Origin: a bacterium
Lineage (GTDB): Bacteria; UBA8248
DNA length: 64,000 bases
Direction of reading: 5' to 3'
NCBI GenBank assembly: GCA_965200245.1
Contig: CBDATS010000015.1
Location: 96,001 to 160,000, forward strand
In this document: positions 53,367 through 63,933 of the stretch, piece after piece
Position numbering within the stretch: the first letter of the stretch is position 1
How the letters are laid out: each line of letters starts with the position of its first letter
Translations under genes and position numbers: made by a program
Notes under the pieces: generated by a model
Seen by the model: only the letters and a program-made list of their open reading frames with translations
Database searches by the model: none
What the model was told of the DNA's origin: nothing

Positions 53367-54353
53367 CTATTGAATACTCGCAGGAATTTTGTAACCTTTT
53401 TCCTTCCAATACCTTGCGGCCCCTGGGTGGATTTTCAGGCCGATAGCGGCCATCTGATCGAGAGCGGGGGCTACTTTGAATCCCGACACCCAACCGCGAT
53501 GTACCTTGGGTAAATATTCACGTCCCTGGTCTGAAAAGTTGATGCGCGCAACCTCATATCCTACTGATGGGGAAACGTGCGCTCCCACAACGGTCCAAGC
53601 GGTGTAGCCAACTGTGGAAACATCTTTGGTGACGCCGTTATATGAGCCAGCCGGAATGTTGATGTTGAAATAAGCCGGGCTGTCTTTCAGGAATTTTTCG
53701 AGCGTTGTACCTGTGATGGGCAATAGACGGATGGGAGCGGCGGCTGCAGCTTTGTAGAAAGCGGGCCCCGGTACGGGTAAGGGAATAGAGAATGCTTGAA
53801 TGCGATTATCCTTCATCGCGTCAGCCAATGCGCTAAAGGGCATATACTCCCGACGTACCTTGAGGCCGGCATGCTTAATCAGTCGGCTGGTCATGAAATG
53901 GGCGTTTCCGCCCTTTCTGCCGGAACTGATGGTTTTTCCGTTCAGATCATTTAAGGATTTGATGCCGGAACTTTGAAAGGTAGCCATCTGAAACATGGAG
54001 ACAGTGGCGGGGCCCATACCTCGAATATTGCGGTGTTTTTTCTTGTAGGGTTTTTTCCCGTTCAAGGCTCGAAGTACGAGACCCGCGACTCCAAGCCCGA
54101 ATTCTGCTTTTTTCCCTTCGATAAGACGGAGATCCTCTACGGCGCCACGAGTCGTCTTATTTGTCATTTTAACAGATTTTGAGTTTTGCGATACGAGATT
54201 GGCCAGACCTCCATACATCACGTAGATACTCGTGCCGGGACCGGAACCCACAACGGATACATGGGTAGGGGCTGCTGATGTATAGGAATTTGTAAGAAAT
54301 AGACATGAAATGAATATGGCAACGGTGATGGGTAAAGCTCGTACGATTTGCAT
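53367..54353 (-). CDS. TAXI-family TRAP solute-binding protein
   Basis: Signal peptide; T.GAVE, SGIKS..DL.GK, IPAGSY and HPGA.RY motifs. Confidence 0.9.
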   Translation of the reverse strand: MQIVRALPITVAIFISCLFLTNSYTSAAPTHVSVVGSGPGTSIYVMYGGLANLVSQNSKSVKMTNKTTRGAVEDLRLIEGKKAEFGLGVAGLVLRALNGKKPYKKKHRNIRGMGPATVSMFQMATFQSSGIKSLNDLNGKTISSGRKGGNAHFMTSRLIKHAGLKVRREYMPFSALADAMKDNRIQAFSIPLPVPGPAFYKAAAAAPIRLLPITGTTLEKFLKDSPAYFNINIPAGSYNGVTKDVSTVGYTAWTVVGAHVSPSVGYEVARINFSDQGREYLPKVHRGWVSGFKVAPALDQMAAIGLKIHPGAARYWKEKGYKIPASIQ

Positions 54354-54453
54354 TTTGACTCCTCAAAAAAGAAAAATACACACGAAAATTGATGAAAAAG
54401 GAATGGAGAGACAAGAAAACGGAGTCGGTTCACTCTCCGTTGCGTTCTTTCAT

Positions 54454-55455
54454 CTATACATTTTCTTTTAGGGCAGAGTAGTCCTCCGTATAGTTTGGAG
54501 CCGGGGTTGCCCCTTGTCCCTGAATAATGTGAATTTTGCCTTCCGTCCGGTCGGCATTCCGGAAACCTCGCTGAATACCAGTGGGCACCCAGCAAGCATC
54601 CCATGGTTCGAGAACGGCTTGGTGAATGTTTCCACGTTCATCTGCCCAGTAGACGACCCATCTGCCTTCTAGCGCGATAAAAAGTTCTTCGCAAGGGTGG
54701 TCATGTAGTGGCGCGCCTCTGCCATTGCCGCATTCCACCATAGCGTATCCGATCTCTCCCTCTGACAAAGAAGGCGGTGGGCCTTCATCCGTATCACCGG
54801 AAACGCCACCGATATAGCGCCTCAGCGAACGAACCCCCTCGGGCAATTTCGCTTCGTGATATACGTTCCAATTGCGTGGACATTCCTCGAAACGCACCAA
54901 TTGCGTGGCTGGGTCGTAAGCGGGTTGGTTGACGTAAGGTTCGGTGCGAACCCCTTCGGGCAAACGTGCCTGTAGCGATTCGGGGTAGACGGGATATTGG
55001 TAGTCGCCTTGTCCATGGATGAAGTGCAAGAATCCATCATCCTTTCCGACATTTTTGAACCCGCGCATCACACCCGAAGGAACGCGGACAAGATCATATT
55101 TGCCCAGCACGACGTTTTGCAACGCTTTGAATTCGAAATCTTCCCAGAAAATCTCGAATTCTCCTTCCCAGACCATGAAAATCTCTTCATCTGGGTGGTC
55201 GTGAAGAGGTGCGCCATTTTGAGGTGGAGTCATTACGACCCCACAAGTAAATTCCCACCCAGGAAGAGGAGAGCGAAGATTTTGACCGGAAATGCCGCCA
55301 ATGTATCGGTAGATCGCACGATGATTCCCCTCGATATGTGATTCGTGATATTCCCCCCAATCTGGAATCAATTCTCCGAAGCGAATGACTGTAACTGGCG
55401 CTACGGTTGTCTTTGGTTTGGGAGTTTGATGGGTTAAATTATTGGAAATATTCAC
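54454..55455 (-). CDS. Bicupin protein (internal duplication)
   Basis: Two repeats of W..YHE..RYIGG.SG..GAPLHDHP.EE..VP.G..RGF.N. Confidence 0.85.
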   Translation of the reverse strand: MNISNNLTHQTPKPKTTVAPVTVIRFGELIPDWGEYHESHIEGNHRAIYRYIGGISGQNLRSPLPGWEFTCGVVMTPPQNGAPLHDHPDEEIFMVWEGEFEIFWEDFEFKALQNVVLGKYDLVRVPSGVMRGFKNVGKDDGFLHFIHGQGDYQYPVYPESLQARLPEGVRTEPYVNQPAYDPATQLVRFEECPRNWNVYHEAKLPEGVRSLRRYIGGVSGDTDEGPPPSLSEGEIGYAMVECGNGRGAPLHDHPCEELFIALEGRWVVYWADERGNIHQAVLEPWDACWVPTGIQRGFRNADRTEGKIHIIQGQGATPAPNYTEDYSALKENV

Positions 55456-55589
55456 TTTTTGTTCCCCTTTGGATAGTGATCATTACTATCTCACGAACCC
55501 CATGTTTGCTGAAATTAGTGATTGAGATAATTATGCTATCACTATCATAGATGTATTTCTATCTCTTGATATTGGGGGGATTTTGAAAA

Positions 55590-58515
55590 ATGGTTTTTGG
55601 ATTTTGGGAGCATCTCACGATTCCAGGGAATAGAATATTCGCAATAATCTTCGTCGTTTGGGCGATTCTCCCGTATTCAGCGTTTGCCCAGCCTAGCGAT
55701 ATCGTGTTTGTGAACGGAAAAGTATTAACGGTCGATACGAACTTTTCTACACATCAGGCAGTGGCCGTTGGTGAAGTCCTAAACTTGCTGGATAAACAGG
55801 AGGGGTGCATCCTCGGCAGAGGCATCACACAGGCATGCCGGTGAGAGGCCGGTATCTAACCGAGGAGGCACCCCATGCAGAAGAGAATACAGGCATCCAT
55901 GCAGACCCGCCAGGCCCTGCACGCCCTGATCGAAGGTCGTCTGTCGAGTCGCGATGCGCGAGCCGACCTGGTGAAGCTGGCCACACGACTCATCGTGGAA
56001 GAAGCGCTGGAGGCGGAGAGCCGCGACGCTCTGGGCCGGGCGTACTACGAGCATGGAGCGAAGCCCGGCCAGGGCTATCGCAACGGCCAACGTCGGGGTC
56101 GTCTGAAGACGGCGGAAGGGTTCATCGAGTACGCGCCGCCTCAGATCGCCGGGCGCGAGGAAGGGTTCCACCCGGAGATCCGGGCGGGCCTCAAGGGGCG
56201 CACCGAGGCGTTAGAGGGATTGGCGGTGGAACTCCTGGCGCGCGGCCTGTCGGTACGGGACATCGAAGACGTCTTTACCGACGGGAGCGGTCGCCTTCTG
56301 CTCTCGCGCACGGCGGTCTCCGAACTCGGGGAGCGGCTCTGGGAAGACTGCCAGGAGTTCGCGTCACGGGACCTGGGCGAGTAGGAGGTCGTCTATCTGT
56401 TCATCGACGGGATTGCGGAACGTATCCACCCGGGGAGCAGGCGCGAGCCGGTACTGGCGGCCTGGGGGTTCACGGCGAACGGCGCGAAGGTGCTGCTCCA
56501 CCTGATGGCGGGTTCGAAGGAGGACACCGAAACGGGGAGCGCGTTCTTCCATGACATGCGCGCCCGCGGCCTGGGCGACCCGCTGCTGGTGGTCAGCGAC
56601 GGGGCGCCGGGCATCATCAAGGCGATCGAGACGTGCTTCCGCGATGACTTCGAGGCCTGCATCGCGCACCTGCGAGTGCCGATTAACCACCGCCGTGGCG
56701 TGTGCACGACGAACCTGCTCGAGCGGTTGTTCGTCGAGGAGCGCCGGCGGATGAAGATAATCCCCAATGCCTTCGGGGAGAAGGCCGTACGCAAGCTCAT
56801 GTGCGCCGCCATGCTCCGGGCTTCCGAGCGATGGCGGGCGCTCAGGGTCACCGGCTTCGAACGGCGCCAGATGGACGCCCTGAGAAAGGAACTGGACCAG
56901 AACTACAAGGAGGATAACGACATCAGGCAGCCCTCAGCCGGTGTGCGCCAGAAGAAATTATCCAGCATCTACAGGACTTGACCGTGGCCGTTCAGGGCGA
57001 ACGCATAATATCTGTGGGGAATACGGCCCGGATAAGAAAGCTGATAGGCTCCAATACAAAAGTCATTGATTTGCAAGGCAAAACGCTGATTCCAGGCTTG
57101 ATCGATAATCATGTTCATTTCATCCGCCATGCGTTGCGCTGGGATCATGAAACAAGAATCGACGGAGTCACCTCACGGAAAAAGGCGCTTTCCATCATCT
57201 CCACAAAAGCGAAATCAATGAAACACGGAGAGTGGGTGCTCATCATTGGGGGATGGAGTCCCGACCAGTTTCACGATAAGCCGGAATTGTTCACAAAAGC
57301 GGAATTGGACAGGGCTTCTCCGAATAATCCGGTTTTCATCCAGCAAGCTTATCGGTTCATGATTCTGAACAGTATGGCCCTGAAGAAGGTTGGTATTGAT
57401 GAGAATTCAGAAGATCCGAGAGGATGGCGAATAGTCAGAAACGAATCCGGCGCTCCTGCGGGTGTTATTTATGGACGTCGGGCTATTTTTCGATTCTGGC
57501 GGCGTGAACTGCCAAAAGTTACGGACGACAAATAATATCAGGTCTAAAGAAACTTATGACGGACTTCAATCGTGCTGGTGTGACGAGTTTATTAGAATTG
57601 GGTGGTGGCGGAGTTCGAGATGCGACTTACAAGATGATCAAGCAAAGATTGGCTGGAAACAACGGTCTCACAATACGGATTTTTCACACACCTCGTTTCC
57701 GGGCTCGAACTCCAGAGAGAAACAAGCGAGTGATAACGCGAATTCGTAACTCCCGCCCTGATAAATCCGCGAAGATGATGGGCAATATAGCACTTGGTGA
57801 GCATATGTATGCGCCACTCCACGATTCGCTGTTCAGACCCTCCCGTTATCCGGATGAGGATTATGACGAATTCAGAAAAGTATCTGAGGTGGCCGCGGAT
57901 GTGGGATGGACGATTCACGAACATGCTTTTCGCGATACCACGATCACGAGATATCTGGACATCTTCGAGAAAATAAACAGGAAAAGGGAAATTACGAATC
58001 TGCGCTGGTCGATTCATCACGCGGATTTCATTTCTCACAGAAACATCAAGCGTGCCAAAAGGCTCGGGATGACTTTTGCCCTGCACAGTAAAATGACGAT
58101 TCTAGGTTCCGCGTTGAGACGACGATACGGAAAACGCGCTCTCTCGCTCCCGCCTTTGCGTACGGTTCAAAATAGCGGTGTTATATGGGGGCTCGGCACG
58201 GATGCTGGCGTAGTAGCTCCATATCCACCAATGCTCACCCTCTGGTGGGCCGTGACAGGCAAGGATCTGGGTGGGGAGATAGCACTCTCAGAGACAGAAA
58301 CTATTTCCAGAAAAAACGCGCTTATCGCTCATACGAGGTCAAATGCATACCTGCTTTTCAAGGAGAATGAGCTAGGTTCGATTGAAAAGGGTAAATTAGC
58401 TGATTTGGTCGTTCTTGATCGTGATTATATGACTGTTCCCGAAGAGCAAATCAAGGACATCAAGCCCTTGCTCACGATGATCGGGGGAAGGGTGGTGTTC
58501 CGATCTGGAATATGA
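55590..58515 (+). pseudogene. Exported amidohydrolase 3 (YtcJ-like), disrupted by IS256 and a frameshift near 57532
   Basis: NGKVLTVD..AVAV|IS|QGERI, PGLIDNHVH, GTD and GSIEKGKLADLVVLD; adding one A restores KIISGLKKLM. Confidence 0.88.
55770..56983 (+). mobile_element. IS256-family element with a defective transposase
   Basis: 26-bp imperfect IRs (GGTGAAGTCCTAAACTTGCTGGATAA / TTATCCAGCATCTACAGGACTTGACC); 9-bp target duplication GTGGCCGTT; FIDG, VSDG and TTNLLER motifs; TAG at 56382; apparent internal deletion. Confidence 0.93.
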
Positions 58516-58713
58516 ATTTCGGGGAATTACAAACAAGAGTAATCAAAGAACTGCTAGGTTTTTCCAAGCCAGGTGGCTTTTCCTGCAGAACTTGCTAGTG
58601 CCTCCTGAAACAAGAGATTGAATTTGATGGCAAGAACCGGATAGATAACTCTGGGTATTGTAGTTACATTATGAGCAAATGTGTAATGGCGATATCCATT
58701 CGGAGGCAGAAAG

Positions 58714-59790
58714 GTGAACAAGAACGCTCAATGGGAGGCGATACTCAACCGGGACGCGACGGCAGATGGCCGTTTCGTTTACGCTGTACGCTCCACCAAA
58801 ATCTATTGCCGGCCTTCTTGTGCAAGCCGAAAGCCGAGGAAAAACAACGTATTGATCTTCGAATTTCCCGAACTGGCTGAAGCGCGCGGGTTCAGGCCTT
58901 GCCTGAGGTGCGTTCCACAGAAAGCTGGCTATGACCCCCGACTGGAGAAGGTGAGAAAAGCCGTTCGCTACATCGAGGAGTATGCCGATAAAAACCCGAC
59001 GCTCGCGGTGCTGGGATGCAGCGTGGATTTGAGTCCCCACCATTTGCAGCGTAGCTTCAAACGCGCCTTGGGTGTGACTCCCCGCCAATATGCCGAGTCA
59101 TTTAAAGTAAATAAATACAAGGGTTTGCTAAGAAAAGGACGCGATCTTTCCGGAGCGGGCTATGAAGCCGGCTATGGCTCGAGCAGCAGGGTGTACGAAG
59201 GTGCCTCGCGCTATTTTGGGATGACGCCGGCCACCTACAAAAAGGGCGGGGAGGGCGTTTCGATTCACTACGGAATCACCTCTTGCAGGCTGGGGCGGCT
59301 GTTGGTGGCAGCTACAACGAAGGGAGTGTGCCGCGTGAGTATCGGAGAGAATGTCCATGAACTCGTATCCGATCTGAAAAACGAATATCCTCTTTCGAAT
59401 CTGATTCGTAACGATGATGAATTGAAGGGATACTTGAATATAGTCGCTCGCTTGGCCAAAGGAGAATTGCCATCCGAGTTCTTGCCGATCGACGTGCGAG
59501 CCAGTGCCTTTCAGTGCCGTGTTTGGGAGTGTCTCAAATCCATTCCTCCCGGAAGTACGATGACTTATAAGGAAATAGCAGATGACTTAGGGGTTAAAAA
59601 CGGTGCGCGGGCGGTGGGAAAGGCATGCGCCGATAACCCGGTAGCACTGCTGATCCCCTGTCATCGAGCGGTTCGCAAAGATGGGGGTATTGCGGGCTAC
59701 CGCTGGGGCCTGGAGCGCAAGAAAACACTACTGGATTTGGAGAAAAACGAACAGAATATCAACAAGTTACATATGAAAAGGGAGCCATGA
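58714..59790 (+). CDS. ada: Bifunctional Ada regulator / O6-methylguanine-DNA methyltransferase
   Basis: YCRPSC and FRPCLRC Zn site; AraC HTH; IPCHR. Confidence 0.95.
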   Translation: MNKNAQWEAILNRDATADGRFVYAVRSTKIYCRPSCASRKPRKNNVLIFEFPELAEARGFRPCLRCVPQKAGYDPRLEKVRKAVRYIEEYADKNPTLAVLGCSVDLSPHHLQRSFKRALGVTPRQYAESFKVNKYKGLLRKGRDLSGAGYEAGYGSSSRVYEGASRYFGMTPATYKKGGEGVSIHYGITSCRLGRLLVAATTKGVCRVSIGENVHELVSDLKNEYPLSNLIRNDDELKGYLNIVARLAKGELPSEFLPIDVRASAFQCRVWECLKSIPPGSTMTYKEIADDLGVKNGARAVGKACADNPVALLIPCHRAVRKDGGIAGYRWGLERKKTLLDLEKNEQNINKLHMKREP

Positions 59791-59882
59791 AATTAGCTGC
59801 ATCCCGCTCTGTGCCGGCTGTAGGGAAGGGCACGTAGCTGTGCCCCATGTGCAGAACCTGATTTTCTCGCTGGATACCGACT

Positions 59883-61235
59883 TCAGTTCCCCACGCGCTC
59901 GACGGTATTTCCGTAGCCTGCCTTACCGGTTACTTCGCCGTTTTCCATTACGATTTCGCCGCGGACGAGCGTCATCACGGGTGCTCCCTTCATCGTCCAA
60001 CTGTCGAACGGCGTCCATTTGCACTTGGATACGATGTCCTCATCGCGGAGCGTCTCTTTCCTGTCCATGTCTACGACGATGAAATCCGCATCCGCGCCGA
60101 CTTGGATGCACCCCTTGCGGGGATAGATGTTGAAGATACGAGCGGGCTGCTCGCAGCAGACACGCACCATCTGGTGCAGGGTGAGCACACCCTCGTTCAC
60201 GGCATTGAGCATCAGGCGTACCGTTGTCTCCACGCCCGGTATTCCGAAGGGCGCCTCGTGGATGTTCTCGAGGCCGTCCACCTTCCGCTGGCGCGGGAAG
60301 GGACAGTGGTCGGTGCCAATGGTATCTACCATGCCACGTCCCAGGGCTTCGCGCATGCCGTCACGCGTTTCGGCGGAACGGATGACCGGCGTGAATTTGA
60401 CGAAAGGCCCCAGCTTTTCCAGATGTGAATGATCCAGATAGAAATACTGGGGACAGCTTTCTGCGAAAATCTGTGCTCCCCTCGCACGTGCTGCCTGAAT
60501 CGCTTCCAGAAGAACGGGCTGGCTCACGTGTGCCACCAGTACGGTGCAACCGGTGAGTTCGGCGAGTGCCACCGCGTCGAGCGTCGCCACGTATTCACTT
60601 TCCGGGTTTCGCCAGTCGCTGATGCACATGTAGTCTGTCCGGTTGTCTGCGTCGATTTGCTCTTTTGATTTCTTGAGGATGGAATCGCTCTCGCAGTGCA
60701 ACATTACCGTGCCGCCGAAGGATTTCGCCTCCCGCATGATGTTCAGGAGGATCCCCTCGGACAGGTCGGGCACGCCGTGTAGCTCGCACATGAAGCCTTT
60801 AAAGCCCAGTGCCCCGCCCTCCCACATGGGGCGCAGGTGCTTGAGGTTGTCGACGTCGAGTCCGCCCAATTGTCCAAAATCCACTACCGAGCGCGAGTCG
60901 ATGTAGGCGGTTTTATCTTCCAGAATCTCCCGCGTGTAAACGAGCGGATCGCTCCTGTGATGGTCAATCACGGTAGTGATGCCGCCCCTGGCCGCCGCCT
61001 CGGTGCCCGTCGTCCAGTCTTCCCTGTCCGTGAAGCCCGGGTCCATCATGTGCACATGTTCATCTACCATGCCCGGGAGGAGATGGCGGCCCGCGGCGTC
61101 GATTTCGCGCGCAGCGCCCGTCTCGGCTTTTTCCGTGATGGCGGAAATCCGTCCCCCCTCCACGTAGACGCAGCCTTCATACGTGTCCGTAGGCGTCACG
61201 ATTTTCGCGTTCTTGATCAATAGTTCGGCGCTCAT
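59883..61235 (-). CDS. Cyclic amidohydrolase (allantoinase/dihydroorotase-like)
   Basis: PGMVDEHVH, GGITT, TDHCP and KG.I.VGADAD motifs. Confidence 0.9.
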   Translation of the reverse strand: MSAELLIKNAKIVTPTDTYEGCVYVEGGRISAITEKAETGAAREIDAAGRHLLPGMVDEHVHMMDPGFTDREDWTTGTEAAARGGITTVIDHHRSDPLVYTREILEDKTAYIDSRSVVDFGQLGGLDVDNLKHLRPMWEGGALGFKGFMCELHGVPDLSEGILLNIMREAKSFGGTVMLHCESDSILKKSKEQIDADNRTDYMCISDWRNPESEYVATLDAVALAELTGCTVLVAHVSQPVLLEAIQAARARGAQIFAESCPQYFYLDHSHLEKLGPFVKFTPVIRSAETRDGMREALGRGMVDTIGTDHCPFPRQRKVDGLENIHEAPFGIPGVETTVRLMLNAVNEGVLTLHQMVRVCCEQPARIFNIYPRKGCIQVGADADFIVVDMDRKETLRDEDIVSKCKWTPFDSWTMKGAPVMTLVRGEIVMENGEVTGKAGYGNTVERVGN

Positions 61236-61635
61236 GCGTATGTCCTCTCATGAATTGACGATCTCATGTGAAACTTCACGTGGTTCAAGAATGGCGTCAT
61301 TATGACGTATTCGAGAGTGGAGAGCCAAGAGGGTCGGTCATGACCGAAGACTGAAGGAGGTCTGAACTGTCGTGAGCCATACGGCATGAACGTTTTCGCG
61401 TCGGGTCGTATATTTGCGTCACAATGGTGGATTCCTGTGCGTAGCCGATCGATCCTCTGTGATTGTCCGAAAATCCTGGAATTTTCCTTTGAAAGTTCTC
61501 TCTTGGGAGTCGGGTGCCCGTCTATATTGTCGAACCTGACGTCCATGTAGGGCGCGACCGAAAGAAAGGGGTTCAAAAAACAGGAAAGGGATATTGTAGT
61601 GGGAGAGGGCAGGGTGCACCCCGACCTCGCTTGAT

Positions 61636-62526
61636 TCATTTTTTTGCTTTCGGCGCCAGCCCTAATTCCCGCCTTTTCTGAATCACACCCGAGAGGCGGT
61701 ACCACGCCGCGCGGCCGGGGTCGATGCGTGAACCACGTGTGATGAGGCGCGAGGCGAAATCTGGTTCCTTGTTCAGGTAGACGAGCAAAGAGGCAAGGTT
61801 CAAGAGTACGCCCACGTCTTCGGGCGATTTTTTTTCCGCGTCTTTCAGAATTTCTTCCGCCTCTTCGTAGCGGTATTGGGAGACCAGATATTTGGAGTAT
61901 TTGTTCGAGATGACCGGATCCTCGGGAGCGAGTTCACGGGCCTTTTGGTAAGCGGCTAGCGTTTGGTCCAGATCGCCTGCCTCGTCCATCATCTTCGCCA
62001 GCGCGAGCCACGTCTCTACGTTCCTTGGGTTGATCTGAAGGTCGCGGCGGATAAGTTTGAGAGCGTCCCCGTCTTTTTTCTTCTCCATGAGTTTGCGGGT
62101 GCGTTCATAAAGCGCGTTTGTCGTTTTCTGGAGAATGGAAAATCCCTCATCGGAATTTATGATTCTCGACGTCGCACCGAGTTCTAGGTCCTGCACCTCG
62201 GCACGTACGCCGGCGCTCAGTTCCGAAAGTTCAGCCTTGCGGGCGGCGAGCGCTTTATCCTTGAACTCATGTACCACCTTGCGGAAAGGAATCCCGAGGA
62301 TAGCTGTCTTGTCATACGCCTCTTTCGCCGTGTCGTAGTCAGGAAGTGTCAGGACGCGAAAAAAAAACGGTTCTTCGGTATTTTTTTTCTGTATGGATTT
62401 GAGTGGTGGTCGGCGTTCTTTCTTCTCCAGGGGAGGAAAAAGCGATCGGATGTTCACACAGCTCGTCAGCAGCAAGAACGCCGATGGCAAGACAGCGATT
62501 ACCAACTGCCGTCTGTATTCACGCAT
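61636..62526 (-). CDS. TPR-repeat lipoprotein with a degenerate PpiC/rotamase-like segment
   Basis: Lipobox LTSC; L..G.TS.II.S..GF.I; several TPR helices. Confidence 0.7.
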   Translation of the reverse strand: MREYRRQLVIAVLPSAFLLLTSCVNIRSLFPPLEKKERRPPLKSIQKKNTEEPFFFRVLTLPDYDTAKEAYDKTAILGIPFRKVVHEFKDKALAARKAELSELSAGVRAEVQDLELGATSRIINSDEGFSILQKTTNALYERTRKLMEKKKDGDALKLIRRDLQINPRNVETWLALAKMMDEAGDLDQTLAAYQKARELAPEDPVISNKYSKYLVSQYRYEEAEEILKDAEKKSPEDVGVLLNLASLLVYLNKEPDFASRLITRGSRIDPGRAAWYRLSGVIQKRRELGLAPKAKK

Positions 62527-62533
62527 GGCGAAG

Positions 62534-63166
62534 CTAGGTGCCCGCTGTCTCAGCCAGGGCACGCTCAAAGGTTTTTACGAAAACCTCCATAGGTTGCGCG
62601 CCCGTGATTCTGTATTTGCCGGAGAAATCGACCGTGGGCGTAGACTGCATTCCTGCGTTGAGTGCTTCGACATGGTCCGTCCAGACGCGCTTTTCCATCT
62701 GCGGGTCGGCCATCACCTCGCGCATGATAGCAGTCTCCGCTCCCAGCCAATCGGCGGCAGCCACGAGCACCTCGGCGTCGTCGATGTTCCTGCATTCGAT
62801 AAGATGCGTTCGCTCCACGGCTTCCAGATATTCGCCTTCGCGATTGGGGAATTGGGCGGCAAAGGCCTTGATGGCGATCGTCCCGGGAGTGGAATGAGGA
62901 TAGGGAAAGTCGCGTTGCGCCATGAGTACAGGGTTAATCTCCTCTCCGCTTGGGTGGCTTTTCGCCATCGCCCAGTGGCCCATGATGGCCTCCTTTCGGG
63001 CAGGACGATGATCCGGCTCGGGAGAGAGAAGAAAGGCACGATAGTGGATAACAAGTCGTCCGTTCATCATCAGGCAAAGTTTTCGCAACCGCCCGGTCGC
63101 GATCAGGCACCATGCTCAGTGGACGCAATAGGTGTATATGGCTTCTACAACGGGTTCGTTTGGCAA
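62534..63166 (-). CDS. DsbA/FrnE-like selenoprotein (UxxC, U17, 210 aa)
   Basis: TTG start after GAGGG; YTYCVH-TGA-AWC at the CPWC position; STPT cis-Pro loop and GAQP; SECIS-like hairpin. Confidence 0.85.
63083..63118 (-). promoter_or_regulatory. UGA plus putative bacterial SECIS
   Basis: UGA-N13-UCGCGACC-GGGC-GGUUGCGA (8-bp stem with one GU pair). Confidence 0.75.
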
Positions 63167-63246
63167 TGCACAGCCCTCATCGTTCGGCGGACTTCAAGGC
63201 GCAATCCTTTCATCTTGAGCGGTGTGGCGCAAACGGCGGTCGCAAA

Positions 63247-63933
63247 TCAGCGCAGATATTCCCGCGTATACCGGGCGCGCGTGTCATCCTGAAAGAGGCG
63301 GCGTTTCAGGTTTTCCACATCGTTCGCCTCGTCCACGTCGCACCATTCAGGAAGGAGGGTAGTCTCGATGCTGATCGCGCGTGCTTTCTTGAGCGTTTGC
63401 GAGAGTGTATCGCTCACGCTCCAGGGAACGTCGATAAAGATTTTGGGCACGAACCTGTTCATACCGATCAGATAGTAGCCCCCGTCCGACGCCGGACCGA
63501 GCACGACTTGGGACTCACCCCCGCATTCGAGTTTCATGAACGCGTCGAGGAGAATCTCGACCGGCAGGTCAGGAAAATCCGTGCCAATGAGCACGGCACG
63601 ATCCCCGGTTGCGAGGCACCTTCCCAGAGCCGCTGACATGCGGGCACCGATGTCCGCACCCGTTTGCGCGCGATGGATAAAGGCACCGGGCAGCCAGTCT
63701 GCAAGAGGGAAATCAGCGAGCGTTTCCCCTCGCTCCAGCGCCCACTCGCAGACGAGGGAGACGCCGAGCCTTGTTTCTCTGAGCACACGCGCCGTCTCGG
63801 CGGCATCTCGCAGAAAACACGCATAAAGACGTGCGGCGTTCTCTCGTCCAAGGCTTTGGGCGAGGCGCGTCTTCACCCGGCCCGGCAGGGGCAGTTTGGC
63901 GAAAAGGATGAGTGATTCGGCTGCCATCGTCAT
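63247..63933 (-). CDS. DUF2064/TIGR04282-type glycosyltransferase-like protein
   Basis: FAK.P.PGRVKTRLA, QTG.D.G.RM, IGTD.P, GPA.DGGYYLIG and DVD motifs. Confidence 0.9.
   Translation of the reverse strand: MTMAAESLILFAKLPLPGRVKTRLAQSLGRENAARLYACFLRDAAETARVLRETRLGVSLVCEWALERGETLADFPLADWLPGAFIHRAQTGADIGARMSAALGRCLATGDRAVLIGTDFPDLPVEILLDAFMKLECGGESQVVLGPASDGGYYLIGMNRFVPKIFIDVPWSVSDTLSQTLKKARAISIETTLLPEWCDVDEANDVENLKRRLFQDDTRARYTREYLR

Noticed and set aside
24790-56384. Genome-wide amber (TAG) recoding or pyrrolysine, suggested by in-frame TAGs at 24790, 32051, 34540 and 56382
   Set aside because: The expected residues differ between sites, most of these genes or their operons carry other lesions, TAG ends intact genes such as infB, truB and rpsO, and no pyl genes are seen
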